From Lama guanicoe (Eukaryota), in assembly GCA_013239625.1 (NCBI GenBank), contig MU054908.1:12536005-12600004 (forward strand): 64,000 nt of DNA, written 5' to 3'. Made by a program: the position numbers and the translations under genes. The notes beneath the pieces were generated by a model. It did no database searches. It was not told where the DNA came from and saw only the letters and a list, made by a program, of their open reading frames with translations. Shown one piece after another: positions 13,705 through 26,500 of the stretch (its first letter is position 1; every line of letters begins with the position of its first letter).

Positions 13705-14020
13705 CAGTTCTCAGGTGCTCTGGTATCTGACAAACTATTGTAACTTTTTGTTTTGTTTTGTTTAGTGGAGGTACTGGGGATTGAACCCAGGACCTTGTGC
13801 ATGCTAAGTACACACTCTTATCACTGAGCTACACCCCCCAAAGCTATTGTAACTTTGGATTGAAAACCTCACTGAGCCTCAGTTTCCTCATCTGTAAAAC
13901 AAGATGCTAATAATACTTCCCTCAGAGGGATGCCATACAATTGAAGTGAAATGGCATTTGTATAGCTCTTGGCAGAGAGCCTGGCATATAGCAAGTGCTC
14001 AATAAACAGTAGTTCTCAGT
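13705..14020 (+). mobile_element. MIR SINE interrupted by a young tRNA-derived SINE
   Basis: ctgagcctcagtttcctcatctgtaaaa...cctggcatatagcaagtgctcaataaa. Confidence 0.85.
13748..13839 (-). mobile_element. tRNA-derived SINE, camelid Vic-1-like (short form)
   Basis: gtggaggtactggggattgaacccaggaccttgtgcatgctaag...actgagctacacccccc (pol III B and A boxes on the minus strand); (TTTTG)n tail; TSD aaactattgtaacttt (13732-13747) / aagctattgtaacttt (13841-13856). Confidence 0.9.
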
Positions 14021-16516
14021 TATTTAATATGTCACTTCCTTGTATGTGTGGTACAAACAATACTGAACTCATGCTACATGGAGTGACTGCCCAAATTTTC
14101 AGTTATGTTGCTCTAGGTAGCCAAAGGACAATTACAGAACTCAGGGTAAATACATTTAATTCTCAGATGGCATGTTTGTTGACACTAGTCATTATATATA
14201 AACTGTGAAAATAGGAAGACAAGCAATTATGCCTAGAAATACTAGAATTTACAACAAAGACTTATTTTATGAAACGCATTTTATGTGTTAATTGTGGTCA
14301 GGAACTAAAAAAGAATCAAAGATCTGATGAAAGATTATGAAAATTGAAATGAGCTGTGAGAAAGAAACCTGCACAGACACTCCCAAAACACTTTTCCAAA
14401 TATTCTGAACCCTGGCGTGATTGCATCTGTTTAGAGGGCTTACTACTGACCTAACAGAATTTCACTTATACCCTTAAAAAAAAAAAAAGCATAACATCTG
14501 CTGTGTTTAAACCACTTTTGAAAATCAGTTAAAACAGCCTCGTGCACAATGGAGAAACAGATATTAGAACAGTCCTGCACTGAAACTTAAAGTTATGATA
14601 AGAAAAATAAGAAAAGATGCTCCAGCCTAACAAGTTGGAAACAGAAGAAACAAGCTGAAAACAGAAAAAAAAAAAAATAGGAACCTTTCAACTGGGCTCA
14701 TTTCTCTTTCTACCTGACTTTTTAAAAAACACACACAAAAAACCAAGAAAACCCAACAATGGCTCTGTTGTACAAGTCTAAATCGTTATACTATCAACAG
14801 TCAGATTATTTTTTGACCACCAAGTGACATGGAATCTGTCAACATAACTCACCAAAATGTGAGCCAAGGAAGACTGGAAAACAAATTGAAAGTCTAGATT
14901 AGAGTGACTGTAGCTTCTTTAGAGCCATCCAAAACATCACCTTTGTCTTATTAAAAAAGAAAACTCCCTAGTCTGCTTTTCATAAGGGGGAACTGTTCCC
15001 TCAACCTATATAATTTCCCTGCCTTTGTTCTATGACACAGCTTCATGTTTTAATATAGTAAATAAAGATGTGACTGGGAGTGTGGGAAGGTCAAGGCACA
15101 CAGCTTTCCCCTTCCCTAAAGATCTTTTGGGGTTTCCAATCAATTCAGTCAAGGGCAAAATGAATTAATTAGTTGAAAGTGATATTTCAAATAAAACAAT
15201 TAGCACTTTAATCCAGTTTTGTAGGGGGTGGGGACTACATCCAGTCTCCTGCCTTTTTTTTGAAATGAACTTAATTTCAAAGTTAATTTTAAAAATTAAA
15301 AGCACAATCTTGAACCTCGACAAAAATATTTAACTGTTTGTAGTGTGTGAATTTTTAATCTACCCATGCTGAGTGAATGAGAGAGTTTAGACAGATTTCC
15401 TCTGCCACTTTATTTAGGAAAAGAAAGCAAGAAAACAAATGAAAGTGGAGAGTGACATTCTGCTGCAGTTCTCAGAGGCATTCTGAAAATCCTCCTTGGC
15501 ATTCCGTCAGCTACACAAATTATAGATTAGAGTGTGCATCACCCAAATGAGATGTAACGTGTAATACGTAATAAATGATTAATGTAAGAGGAAGTGAGCA
15601 CTTTTCCTACGCCATATTGAGCATAAACATTCTAACTTATGTTAAAACTTTTGAAATTATATAAATACATAATTCTATAAGTTGAATCAAAAGCATTAAT
15701 AATATTACTTAATATTATGGATTATTTATGCAAGGATTCTGTAGTTGTGGGAGTTTGGGTTTTTTGTTTGTTTGTTTGTTTGTTTTTCCTAATCCTTAAA
15801 AATGTAAATACAGAATTAGTCCTTTAAGACTTTTTTTTGAAGAGGAGAACTGGAGTGGATTTTTAAATGATATTTCTTAGGACAAAAATCACTGCATCTT
15901 TGGTATCTGGGAAAGCTAGGTGCCACTCCAATTTTAATACATATATAGTGTAATTTAGCAGAGTCCTTCAAAAGTGCTAACAGAAATTTAATGGAGAAGC
16001 ACTATTGAGTATTATTGACTGATCTGTCAAAGAAAATGTATGCTGCGGACATAAACCAAACTGCAAAGTGAGTACCGACTACCGGTTTAAAACAGCCTCC
16101 CAACGTCAAACCACATGAGCACATGGTGAAGAGAGAACCGCAGGATTACTGATGCTTTTAGAGAGGCGGGGCCAAGTGGGTCCTGGTTAAACCTGATTGG
16201 TGCCCGTGTTTTAGCCAGCCATCCTCAACCATTTTTCCCCTTGGAAATACTAAGTCTGTTGCACCTAAGCCTAAATAATCACACACACTTATAACCCCCT
16301 TCCAACACGCACAGCACAATATTTAAGAAATAAGTAAGGGGCAAAATAACTTATTACTGAATGAAAACTTTCTTATTTCAGAGCCATTTTGCAGGCATTG
16401 CTCGATGAACAACTTTGACAAAAGTATTTTCAGCCACATCACTAATTGGTCTACTTTTACTCTTGGCTCTAATTTAAAACCAAAGGGAGGGGAAGGTGAT
16501 TTCAAAAGCACCTGCA

Positions 16517-16728
16517 NNNNNNNNNNNNNNNNNNNNNNNNNNNNNNNNNNNNNNNNNNNNNNNNNNNNNNNNNNNNNNNNNNNNNNNNNNNNNNNNNNNN
16601 NNNNNNNNNNNNNNNNNNNNNNNNNNNNNNNNNNNNNNNNNNNNNNNNNNNNNNNNNNNNNNNNNNNNNNNNNNNNNNNNNNNNNNNNNNNNNNNNNNNN
16701 NNNNNNNNNNNNNNNNNNNNNNNNNNNN
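16517..16728. other. N block, 212 nt (gap or masked sequence)
   Basis: Run of N. Confidence 1.
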
Positions 16729-18019
16729 AGACATAATTGGATGTTCAGAGAGGACAAGAATAAAGTAGAATCTCAAAAATCACATAAAGTTGAAAGACTC
16801 AACTGCATAAATCCTGAACCCCAGAGAAATGGAGAAATTGATGTATTTATAGTGTCTACTACACAGAGTTTAAAAAAATATATAGACAGGAAAGAAGGAG
16901 ACGGGGGATGACGGGAATAATTGGAGGAACAGACTGTAATTCCATTTTTAAAAGAAAAGTGAGCTTATGCCATTGTAATAAGGCTAATGCTAGGTCTAGC
17001 CAAACCTCAAATATGCAGGATCATTTTGAAATACAGAAATAGTGAGATTCCTTTTTGCTTTAAATGTATGATTGGATTACACTTGAAAATGCAAAACCTT
17101 CCTCAAAGTGATAAAATATTAATTATAACTTTTCAAGAATGGAACAAATCATATGGTCACTTTCTTGGCCTTTGACTTTTCTGTATCAGAGTCTATTCCA
17201 AGAATCCTTTACAAAAGTGTTTCATAGGAAGATGCTGATTTGTGTTGATTCGTTTTACAGAGGAAAACTGAGCCCAGTGATGTCTGGAAGAATATGGATG
17301 AGAGGAAAACTAAAATTTTTCTTGTGGTCACTTTCCTGTGCTCCAATTTTTCTTACCCAGAAAAAAAAAGTGGCAAAATCAATATCTAGTCTGAGTGTTA
17401 CCTCCTTGAAGAAGGTTTTCTGGGGAGCACATGAGACAAAGGACTTTGTTTTTCTTCTTTTTTTTTTTTTTTAAGGTGCATCTGGGAGCAGAGACAGGTG
17501 ATGCTGAGTGGAGTTATTTTCTGCAGAGCCCTGGAGATAGGAAGGAAGGGACTTTGCAGAAACCACACAGAAGGGAGCTATTTGCCTGGGAGCTTCCCCT
17601 CTTACATGCCTTGTGGACCTTCACTCTTGTTTTCAAGCTTCACCAAATACCTTCCCCAGTCTTTGAACCTTTCTTTTCAACACTCCCATCTCTTCCTCTC
17701 CCTGTACCTCCCTTCCCCATTGGATTATTGTCTTCCATTCCTCACTTATCCCTCTCATTTCTTTTCTCTTCATGAACTTTTTCTACTTTCACATTTTATT
17801 TTAATGCTCTTCAGTAAGTGAGCCTGGGAGTTAGTCACCACCCAGCTCCCTCTGGCTCTCGCCTGCATCAAGTTTATTTTCCCAGTTCTGTAATTTCCCT
17901 GTTTATATGATGGTAACAGAAGCACTCATTATCTCAAGTCATCTCAGCATTTCACATTAAGAAAATGCAGTCAGCAAAATCCATTCTTACTTAATTTGGC
18001 TAATTAAGTAGGTAATATT

Positions 18020-19120
18020 TTTACTGGGTTTTGCAATATTAAGAAGAAAAGCTTTAGAAATATATCTCCAGAAAAGGTCCATTTGTAAAGAATAAATATG
18101 GCATTAGTCCCCTAGAAATTATAAAGGAAAAGGCTGATAACCCTGATCATATTAAAATAAGAACTGCTCATGTGGACAAAAAATAAAGAAAGTTAAAATA
18201 TTAAAAACATATTGGGAAGAAATTTGTCCAATATATATGAAAAAGGATCAGTTTAATAAATAACACAAACAGCCCTTATGAAATTAAGAAGAAAAATACA
18301 AATCATTCAATATAAAATGGACAAAGGGCACAAATAGGCAAATTTTAGGAAATAAAATGTAAATGGCTAGTAAATAAGTGTTCATCAAGACTCATAATTA
18401 TAAAAATGCAAATTAAAGTAATACTGTACCACTTTTCATCTACCAGATAAAGATTTTAAAAGTTTAGCAATGCTGTTGTTGATAAAGGCCTGGAGAAATG
18501 GGTGCTCATATGCATATACATTAAACAAGCATTCACAAAGTTCTGCTCTGAAACACTGAAGATGGGATTGCAAATTGGTGCAAATTTTAGGAGGGCAATT
18601 TAGCAATATCTAACAAGATTTAAAGTGCATACAACTTCTGACTCGGGGTATATCTACACGTGAATTCATTGCTACAATACTTTAATAGCAAAAAATGGAA
18701 AATGATCTAAGTGTCCTCCAATAAGGGAGACTAGTTAAATATATCATAATTTTTATGCATATCATATGTGTACTATGCATAACATTATACAGCTTTAGAA
18801 GGAATGTAATAGATCTATATAAGCTGATACAAAGAGCTATCTAAGATATATTAAGTGAAAAGAAACCATACAGAGTATATAGCCATACCTTCTAGAATAA
18901 TCCCAATTTGTAAAATAAGGAATATGTGTTATTTCTGTAATATGTTATGCATTAAAAATTTCTAAAAGGATACAGAAGAAACTGCTCCAGTTGTTACCCT
19001 TGGAGAATGGTAATAAGGGGTAAGGAGAAAGGGGATTTCATATCTTCACTTTATAGCCTTCTGTCCTATTGAGTTTTTGTTTTGCAAGGAGTGTGTGCAT
19101 TGCTGTTACAATCTTAAAAC
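18020..19120 (+). mobile_element. L1ME-type LINE-1 fragment (degenerate ORF2 end plus 3' UTR)
   Basis: aaaatggacaaagggcacaaataggcaaattt, aaaatgcaaattaaagtaatactgtaccactttt, gagggcaatttagcaatatct. Confidence 0.85.
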
Positions 19121-19594
19121 TAGTTTACAAAATAGCCCATCACCATGAACTTCTTGTCTTTACAAAAATTCATTTCAAAAGAGATAAAGAAATTCATTGG
19201 TATATGTAATTTTTGAAAAAATCCATGGATGAAACCAAAAAATATTTTTTTCATAATCTTAGTGTACATTTCATATGTAGATAGAAATGCTATAGGAATA
19301 ATTCAAACAGACTGTAAATGGATATTCATCCGGTTTGTCTGGAGGCAGCCTTCTTGTTTATATGTTTGAATTTGTGAAATTAGGATCAAGAGCTAATAAT
19401 AATAATCCTCTCAAATAAGACAGGAAAAAGTATAATAGGTTCCTAGTCTTAGCAAATCTGAATTTTCATCATTTTTTGTAAAGTACCCTGCAATTTTAAT
19501 AAGAAAGACTATATTTTAAAATTATTTCAATAAGACCCAGCACTTATAGAATATTAAACCAAGGGCAGGTGACTCCCACATCCTTAGAAACTTC

Positions 19595-20030
19595 AGGGGT
19601 GTCAAGTAAGTCAGAAAGAACACAGGCAGTGGATACAGACCCAGGTTCTATCATAACCGGGCCTCTGGAAGCCAAACCCTTCATCTGTCTGAACCTTGGT
19701 TTTGTTAAGTCTGTAAAGAGAGATAATGATGCCCACCTCAGGAGCTACGTTTGGGAAGGATACAACCGGACCCCTGAAGGCAGCATGACCCTGTAGAGAA
19801 TGAGCACTTTGGAGTCAGTTCTGACTTTGAATCTTCCCTCCACCACCACCACTAGCTGTGTGAACTTGGGTAGGCTAATCTATCTTCTCTATGCTTCAGG
19901 TTTCTTATTTGGAAATTAGAGGTGACAATACATACATTTGTTAGGATAGTTTCAGAGATTTAAGAGGAAAGCAACGTAAAACGTTGAACTTCTCCTGGCA
20001 CCTAGTTAATGCTGAGTGAATGTTAGTCTC
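19595..20030 (+). mobile_element. Two tandem MIR SINEs
   Basis: Second copy has actagctgtgtgaacttgggtaggctaatctatcttctctatgcttcaggtttcttatttggaaa; first copy is weaker. Confidence 0.7.
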
Positions 20031-20221
20031 TGATTCACAAGGAGTTATCATAAGAAGAGAGTTAATGGATACTAACCAGCCTAAACGATAGAGTCCCCTC
20101 TTTTATCTCCTTGGTCTACAAAGAAAGCTAAGGAGGAAAGAACAGAAACTGTGACTTGTCCATACCTGGATTTATGAAGACCTCTGTCTAGAGATATGTC
20201 AGTTCTGCACAACTTCCTTTG

Positions 20222-21090
20222 TACTTCTGCTTCTAGTCAAAATAAAGTAACAGGAACTGGATTTACCCTCCCACTTGAAATAACCCCCAAATAGATAAAA
20301 TATATGAAAACTAAGTTGTCAAGACACTGGCATCAGGCAATGAAGGACAGCGATCCTGAGAGATGGTGACAAATGAGGTGAGCTCTACATTGCCCTTATC
20401 TCCCTGCCTTGAGAGAGTTTCCAGGTTATGGTACAGGGAGTGAGGCTCCAGGTGGAGTGTAACAGACTCTGAATTGAGGGAACGGGGCTGAGAGTCTGGG
20501 AAGACCGCCGTGGCTAGAATTCACAGGATGGACTGAGTACCAGAGATGAGAAAGCCGCTTAGAGAGAAAACTCCGGATAGCTGCAGCTCTCTCTCAAATA
20601 TTCAGCAAAACGCTGATCAACACATATATGTGAGGAAGCTACCTGAGGCCTGGGAAGGAACCACCAGAAAGGATTAGAGGTAAGTGCCCAGTACTGACAA
20701 AGGTTCATAACGGTGCCTGTTCCCATCAGCCAGACTGAGAACCCTCATTCTTTAAGGGCAATGGGCAGAGTAAACGGAAGAATCTTAACTCAGAAGCGGA
20801 TAATAATTAGACTTAGACTAACTACTGCTCTGGTAATTGCTTTACAAGTCCTGACTGTAAGATCTCAAAAGGATAAAACTGTTTCTAAGTAACTTAACTA
20901 TATCTACAAAACTTAAGATTATATTTAAGAATACAAAAATATCTAGCACCCAACAAATTGAAGTCACAAAGTCTAGAATCCAGTAAAAAAAAAAAATTAC
21001 CAGGCATACAAAGAAGCAGGAAAGGATGAAGGGAAAATCAACGTATTAAATATGATATAGAGCTAACACAGATGATAGAATTAGCCAGCA
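20222..21090 (+). mobile_element. Old L1M 5'-region fragment
   Basis: acttctgcttctagtcaaaataaagtaacaggaactggatttaccctcccacttgaaa...aaaattaccaggcatacaaagaagcagg resembles L1MD/ME 5' end sequence. Confidence 0.75.
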
Positions 21091-21100
21091 TTTCCTTTTT

Positions 21101-21168
21101 TATTATTAGAGTTATTAATTATTATTATTATTAATTATTATTATTAATAATAATTATTATTATTAATT
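21101..21168. repeat. Imperfect (ATT)n simple repeat with internal 18-bp palindrome
   Basis: Directly visible; attattattaataataat at 21137-21154. Confidence 0.9.
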
Positions 21169-21769
21169 CCCTCACAATTCCCATCTGTGCTTCACTCTCT
21201 GGACTATATCTTCTTATGTTTTCATACATTCATTCAACAAGTGTTTACTGAAGAGCCACTGTGTAGGAGAAGTAGTGTGCTAGGCACACACTTTGCCTCT
21301 TTAACAATCCTATAAGTTTTCAAGGCTGTTAATACTGCCCACACTTAACTATGAACATACTGGTCCAGAGAGGCTAAGGGACTTACCCAGGGTCATTGGC
21401 AGTTTTAGCTGACATGTTGGATGTAAACTCCAGTTCTTTGATTTGTGAATCTTTTTTTTTTTTTTTTGTAGAATCAGGCCCACTATGAATTCTCCATAAG
21501 TCTTAGTTTACCTTTCCCTGTAATTGATGATCTTAAAAGTCCTGACCTTTGAATTCTTATGATCTTGGGATGTCACACTCTTAATTCTCTAGAACCCAGA
21601 AGCCCCAGTCCCTGTTCCCTGATGCAGCCACACCTGAGTTACTCCTGGATGGGAAACCAGTTCTCCCGTTGTCAGCATTCTAGGAACACATCTAGATGTG
21701 AACTGTCAGCCTTCTGAAAGGACCATGTATTATTTAATAACAGCGAAGAAAAAGATGGTGATAATAATA

Positions 21770-22000
21770 GGAAATAATTTCCTGGTGAATTATAGTTTAC
21801 AAACAGTTTTACATATATGGTTGAAAATACAATCTTTACAACAAACCTGCTTGCAAAATGTTATCATCAGCATCCTCATCTCCATTTTACAGATGAGGAA
21901 ACACTTAGAAAGCTAAAGGAATCTTCCCAAGATCAGCAGCTTTTAAGAACCAAGAGTAGAATCCGTGCCTATCTGATAACAAACCTCATGCCCTTTACTG
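21770..22000 (-). mobile_element. MIR SINE
   Basis: ctccattttacagatgaggaaac core. Confidence 0.85.
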
Positions 22001-22974
22001 ACAGCTGTGGTCTGCCCGTTTCCCACTTGACAGATTATTGTGAACACAGCTGAGAATATCAAGGTCCATGCTTACTGCCAACTTTTCAAATTAAAAATCT
22101 ACCCTCCCATGTGATCTTTCAGCTTTCCTTTTGACCATATATAACTGTATAAAAGTTTTTTCCCCCCAATTAAATCTACTCTTAAACCCTTAATAATTTA
22201 AATCCATTAATGATGAATGAATACTATGCTCTCATGTTTTTTGCATTTAAATGCAGATTTGGAAATTGGGCAGACTTTGCTTCTTTTTTTTTTTAAGATT
22301 TATAAAACCACTATTATATTTTATGAAGCCAAACAGCCTGTAAAACTAAAGAGGACTAGCAGAAGCAAGACTTGGAAATATAAATGTTATCGACTTTCAG
22401 TCCGAGGAGTTCTTTGCTGCAAAGGAAAGAGAACAGAAATTCCTCTTTCTTTAGAAGTGCTGTTTTCTTGCCCGAGGCCCCTCTTTCCTCCAGTTATGGG
22501 CAAGAAAAGGGGGCCACAAAATGAAGGATGTGGAGTAGGACACTGTATTAAGTAATCTTGTTCAAGGGGAAGAAAATCATTTGGGGAGGCTTCTTTTGCT
22601 TCCTGCTCACCTCCTACCTTACCATCCCTCCCACCCTCCCTGGAAACTCAGTGGGCTTTTTAGAGGGTGCCAAGTTTCTTAGTATTGAGTGTTTAGACTT
22701 AATTGGGAGATTGGAAGCATAGAGCAGTGCAAATCTGAATTTAGAATCAAACTCACAAGGCTCCCAGACTGGCTCTCACCACTAGAGGAATTTGACTGAT
22801 AATTGCTGTGAGTCCCTCTTCTAATCTTATGCAAATCCACGTTCTTTTGCATTGAAAAAGTATTTTACATGGAATGAAAGAGAACTGCATCCTAAATTTT
22901 CTGGGCAGTACTTTAGAATATAACATATTCAAAAGACAAAGCTTTCCCGTTAACAACCACCCAAAGACATGGTA

Positions 22975-23140
22975 GGCAGCATGGTGTGGTTAGCGAACCC
23001 TCACTGGCCTGGGAGCTGAGTTCCAGTTCTGACTGCACCTTATGGCCTTCAGGAAGTCACGCCTCTCCAGCTCTCAGTGTCCTGCCTGTAAAACTGAGGG
23101 GGTTGGACAAAGTAACCCAGCTCTAGGTTGCTGTGTCTAA
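22975..23140 (+). mobile_element. MIR/MIR3 SINE
   Basis: ggcagcatggtgtggttag...ctgtaaaactgagggggttggacaaa. Confidence 0.7.
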
Positions 23141-25134
23141 GATGAGCGCCATAATAAATAAAATGGAAGCGATCATATTAATACGTGGCAAAAAGACATT
23201 TTATCCTGTGATCTGTGCTCTTTCACCAGAGCAGGGAGAAGAAAACACCAGCAAGGTCTGAATTTACTTTCGCAGCGTGTCACTGATCTTCTAAACCCAC
23301 CCAGGAGGAGACATTTACTAAGAGGACATAGCATTTGGAAGAACTAACGCACCACCTCGAAGTGGGAGCCGGTGAGTTTCGTACCAGCAGGAGCTTTCAC
23401 CATCAAAATCCTTTCATAATGGTGTCTGCAGAACTGGTGATTCCACAACCGTGCTTCCTCAGCCACACTCTGAAGAACAAGTCTTTCTGGAGATTATAGA
23501 GTCAATTATTGAATTTCCGTAGCATAGATTAAAATAACATTGAGCCCATTTAGAACCAGAGGTAAATTTACAGTTTCTCTTCAGATTCAAATATTTTTAG
23601 CGTGTTCACCTTTTATATTCTTAAGACAGTATTACTTGTTGATGTTGCCACCTACTCTTATCTTATCTCACCCATCTTCCCTTTCCTTCCCTTATCTCAT
23701 CCTCTGAAGTCATTACACTAATATTAAGACACCTTCATAACAAAAGGCTTTTATTCTCAATAGGACCTGTCTAAGTCCTCTTCCCCTTCTACCCTGATAT
23801 AAACAGTACCTCGGTTCTTCTTTCTGAGTTAAGCATTTAGATGGAAGGAAAAAAAAAAAAAGACCAAGCAAATATTTTGTTGAACATGAGCAGATACACA
23901 CGTGCACATACACCCAACCCCAAACCAATGAGAAAAGCATGCCGCCCTGAATAGTGGGAAGGCCAGGGGAGTCCAGGCCTTTTGTTTAAGCAGGTGCTTG
24001 GGAACGAGGAGACATCCGCCAGACTCAGGGCATCATGTGAAGATCTGGCTTCACTCATCGCTCGTTGTTGAGCACCGGGAGCAAAAATGTAGCAAATAAT
24101 GCAAAGAAAATCCTTCGAAGAGATTTGGGCCCAGAAACTAATCCAGGCAAGTATGACTTGCGTCTGTAGTTTTATAAGGGCAGATTGCTTTGGTATTTAA
24201 TTAGTGCCTGGGTGGGATCTGCACGTTGAATTTAAGAAGAAAAGCATTTAACTTTGGAGTCCCTGAGACGTCCTGAGCAGTCCGGGAAAGACACTGAATT
24301 GCTCGTGGCAACCTCTCACCGCAGTCACATCGGTGTTGATGGCATTTTGTGAACTCGAGCACTCATCACGATGCGCCAAAGCAGAGCATAGCATTCGGAT
24401 GAGAATATTCTATTTGCAAATATGAGTGAGAATTAAAAATAGACGGGGAGTAGAGGGGCTCTCCTTGGTGGGGATTATCCATCTCAACAGGCGTGTGGCA
24501 GGAATGAGAAGGGAGCTGGGGTCTTATTTAGCTTTGGGCTTTCAGTTTACTGGCAGAGGGTGCCCCTCCACGACCACCGGTGTTCCTGTAGAAAATGTGT
24601 ATTAGTCCACCTGTGAAAATTCAGTCTAGTGCCCCCAGGGGGCAGGGAGGGAGGGAGGGAGGAAAGGAAGGAAGAGCAATGGACCTCGATTAAACACCGG
24701 CTCTGTGGGAGCCATGCAGTGTGTGCTGACAGGCCGCGGGCGGGGAAGGGCCAAGGGAGAGAAGGGAAGTAGAGTTGAGGGGCTTTTGACAGAACCGAGT
24801 TCCTGTTCCTACTTGCTTGGCCTGAAACTGCTCGTCCTCCACACTTTTTCTTTTCTTCCCTCTCTCTTCATCATCTGAGGTTTGCTTGTCACATCTCTCT
24901 CGAGCTCTGCTTTGACTTACCCTGGGTGGAGCTGAGGAAGGGGTGAGGATCTGTCAGCCTCACCCGGCCTCTCTACTGAGGGGGAGGAAGACCCCTGGCT
25001 GTCAGGGGAGTGGACACGAGGCGAGAATGCAGCTAACGGGTGGACTCTGCTTGAGGGAAACCTGCTTTGGGCTGCAGGCCACTTAAGGCCATGGAATCTT
25101 GGGCAAATCACTGTTTTATTTTTCCTCTGAGCCC

Positions 25135-25385
25135 TACTGCACATAGTGGAAAGCACAGGTTTGGAGCCTGCCCACCTAGGTTTAAATCCAGACTCTGCCG
25201 TGTCTTAGCTGGGTGACCTTCGGAAAGTTATTCAACCTCTTTGCCTCATTTCCTCATCTATAAAATAGGGGTGACAACATCTCCCTTATCAGGTTTGTGA
25301 GGATTAGAGGAGATACTGGGTGTAAACTGGCTTTACAATACCTGGCATAGAGTAAGTGCTCGTAGGTTTTTTTCTTTAACTGTTA
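25135..25385 (+). mobile_element. MIR SINE (near full length)
   Basis: tagctgggtgaccttcggaaagttattcaacctctttgcctcatttcctcatctataaaataggg...cctggcatagagtaagtgctc. Confidence 0.9.
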
Positions 25386-26294
25386 CTAGGCATGTTAACC
25401 CTACTTGACAGATTCTTTGTCGTCAATCTTTGAGAAGTAATTTTGAGCACCTATTTTTTTCCCCCAAAGCTACTTCTTGGTAGCCAGTTAAAGGATATTC
25501 CTATCCTTGTTTATTTCTTGCCATCGTTGGTTCTTTCTTAGGTTGCAAAGAAATCATCCCATAGAATAATAATAGTTTCCTGAATTTATACACCAGTTTT
25601 CTCCGCATCCCTGTGGCTTTTTAGATCGGGTGAACCACATCTGAACTACAGTCAGCGGTGTGCAGTGATGGTGGCCGGTTATTATTATCCCCATCTCACG
25701 TGAGAGGACTGTGACTCACAGAGGGCAGGTGGAAGCCTGTGCCGCGGGTGGCACAGCGCACGGAGGGCATTCTGACCTCAGAACCTGGTTCACCACCAGA
25801 CCTGTACCAGCCATCCACACTTGCCATTTCCTGAACCATCACAGCCTGAAATAATAATAATAATAATGACTGATTTCTTTCCTATTTTGTAAAGCACTTG
25901 GGTACTGTGGTGATAATATTAGATGCATAGCATGTGGAATGGCAAAAAAGCATCCAGAAGGCAGAAGGCAATTGCAAGTATGCAAAACGGTGTTACTGAC
26001 CTGGGAATTCAGTGATAACTAAGTCCCACTGTGCCAGTATTATGTAAACATATAACTAGGTGGAATTTTGTCCAAACATTTCTTGATTATTACAAATTAC
26101 CATTGCATGTTCAAGGTCAACATTTCCAAGAGGGTTTTGGGAAGGACTTGCACATTTGTAATTGGAGCTTGTAGCTAAAAGTATTTTCTTGGAACCCAAG
26201 CATCTCGAAGCTTTTGAGGTGCTCTTGGGTTTGCAATTTGAAATTGCTGATAAAATGTAGAGCATTTGGATAAAAATGATAGATGATGAAATCT

Positions 26295-26500
26295 AGAATT
26301 GTAGGCTGTGAAACTTAAAAGCAATATTAGAGGTAATCTAGTTTGATAATCTCTCCACTCATTTTTACATGTGAGAAAACTGTGGCTCAGAGAGATTATT
26401 TATTCAGGTTTGCATCGATTATTCATTTTAATAATAATTATTATTCCATAATCAGGTTGCCAGATTCCAAATCCACTGATCTTTCCATTTAATTATACTG
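26295..26500 (-). mobile_element. MIR3-like SINE
   Basis: ctcatttttacatgtgagaaaactgtggctcagagag. Confidence 0.7.
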
